From Acidobacteriota bacterium (GTDB taxonomy: Bacteria; Acidobacteriota; UBA6911; JACQSX01), in assembly GCA_036507075.1 (NCBI GenBank), contig DASXQR010000060.1, forward strand, positions 1 through 64,000: a stretch of DNA of 64,000 nt. Reading direction: 5' to 3'. A program made the translations under genes and the position numbers. The notes beneath the pieces are model-generated. The model searched no databases. It was not told where the DNA came from and worked only from the letters and a program-made list of their open reading frames with translations. Shown piece by piece: positions 62,679 through 64,000 of this stretch. Position 1 is the first letter of the stretch. Each line of letters starts with the position of its first letter.

Positions 62679-62828
62679 GGGCGTGTTGCCCAAATCGGAA
62701 CAGGATGGAGACGGCCACATTCTGTTCACCGCAGAGGCGCCGAGAACGCCAAGTTTCGCTGAGGTTGTGATGCAACTCTGCGGAAACTCGGCGTTCTTTG
62801 CGGCTCTGCGGTGAATGCAACGTGTCCG
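62679..62828 (+). mobile_element. truncated copy of MITE A
   Basis: Near-identical to 17035-17184 but lacks the right TIR and the TTAC duplication. Confidence 0.8.
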
Positions 62829-62853
62829 TGCGCAACGCAAGCCGAATGATCCT

Positions 62854-64000
62854 ATGAAAAAAATCTGCACTTTCTTTCTTCTCGTCTTTTTCTTTTTATT
62901 AAGCTCCCAGGCAAATCAGGCTCCGGCGCCCGAGCGTTTTAACATTATTTCGATCGTGACGGATGACCAGGCACGCTGGTCTCTCGGCTGCTATGGAAAC
63001 AGGGAAAGCCGCACTCCCAATATGGATCGCCTGGCCGCTGAAGGAGCGCGCTTCCTGAACGCCTTCGTGGCCACGCCGGTTTGTTCTCCCAGCCGTCTTG
63101 CATTCCTGACCGGGCTCTACGGCACCGAAGTTGGAATTACCGACTACCTTAACCCGGTCGAAGAGCAGGCCGGCCTTGGTATTCCGGCAAATGCCACCAC
63201 CTGGCCTCAGGTTCTCCAGAAACACGGTTACCGGACTGCACTTGTTGGAAAGTGGCATCTGGGGAGCCAACCCCGGTTTCATCCTACTCAGCACGGCTTC
63301 GATCACTTTTTTGGCTTTCTGGGTGGCAGCAGTCGTCCGATGGATCCCACGCTCGAAACCGATGGCAGGCAACAGCAATTCAGGGGATCCCTTCCAGACC
63401 TGTTGACGGACGACGCGCTGCGTTTTGTTGCCGACAACCGTGAGCGCGCCTTTGCTTTGCTGATTCACTTCCGCGAGCCTCATCTGCCTTATGGACCGGT
63501 GCCGGAGGAAGATTCCGCGCCTTTCTCGCAACTCGACCCGACTGTTCCCCAGGCCGCCGGTGCAGATGTGTCGCAGGTGAAGAAGTGGACGCGTGATTAT
63601 TACGCCAGCATTCATTCCGTGGACCGCAACATCGGACGCCTGTTGAAACATTTGGATGAACTCAATCTTTCCCGGAAAACAATCCTTCTATTCACCAGCG
63701 ATCACGGATACATGATCGGTCATCACGGCCTGCACACGAAGGGCAACGCCTGGTGGGCAGCCGGCGGCGTGCAGGGCCCGAAGCGGCCCAACATGTTCGA
63801 CGACTCTTTGCGCGTTCCGTTGATCGTTCGATGGCCCGATGTGGTAAAACCGGGCAGCCAGATTCAGGAGCAGGTGGTGAACCTGGACACCTTCGCTTCG
63901 GTGCTTGGAATGTTGGGTATCCCCCTACCCAACGGGACACGCCAGCATGGGCTCGATTTTTCCACCATACTGCGCAGCCCGGTGGTGGCTCACTGGCGCG
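62854..64000 (+). CDS. sulfatase (runs off the window end; absent from the ORF track)
   Basis: Translated [49 protein letters not shown], including the formylglycine motif CxPxR. Confidence 0.93.
   Translation, partial: MKKICTFFLLVFFFLLSSQANQAPAPERFNIISIVTDDQARWSLGCYGNRESRTPNMDRLAAEGARFLNAFVATPVCSPSRLAFLTGLYGTEVGITDYLNPVEEQAGLGIPANATTWPQVLQKHGYRTALVGKWHLGSQPRFHPTQHGFDHFFGFLGGSSRPMDPTLETDGRQQQFRGSLPDLLTDDALRFVADNRERAFALLIHFREPHLPYGPVPEEDSAPFSQLDPTVPQAAGADVSQVKKWTRDYYASIHSVDRNIGRLLKHLDELNLSRKTILLFTSDHGYMIGHHGLHTKGNAWWAAGGVQGPKRPNMFDDSLRVPLIVRWPDVVKPGSQIQEQVVNLDTFASVLGMLGIPLPNGTRQHGLDFSTILRSPVVAHWR

Overview
Bacterial chromosomal window, GC-rich by eye. Gene content and style (ASPIC/UnbV proteins, tricorn protease, split atp operon, dense intergenic REP-like repeats) suggest Acidobacteria, which is an inference. 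Housekeeping blocks are ilvB-ilvN-ilvC-ilvD, atpF'-atpF-atpH-atpA-atpG-atpD-atpC, rpiA and tRNA-Gln(CTG). Accessory content comprises three signal-transduction clusters, a tandem pair of APC/KimA-like transporters, an ABC/LolA-like/outer-membrane export operon and carbohydrate/sulfate catabolic genes. The main finding is at 2683-13509. A sigma-54 promoter precedes an outer-membrane protein gene whose true start lies 108 nt upstream of the ORF call and reads through an in-frame TGA (QG-U-VAAR) followed by a SECIS-like hairpin, making it a candidate selenoprotein. It is followed by a membrane-anchored multiheme cytochrome c/TPR protein and an ASPIC/UnbV protein, and faces a divergent histidine kinase, NtrC-type activator and second ASPIC/UnbV gene. 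Also notable are two unrelated MITEs inserted at the same site of one REP motif, REP-derived sequence read in frame inside several genes, a PAS-only protein paired with a His-repeat coiled-coil kinase, and a possible toxin/immunity remnant at the left edge. All calls come from reading the sequence; no database searches were run.
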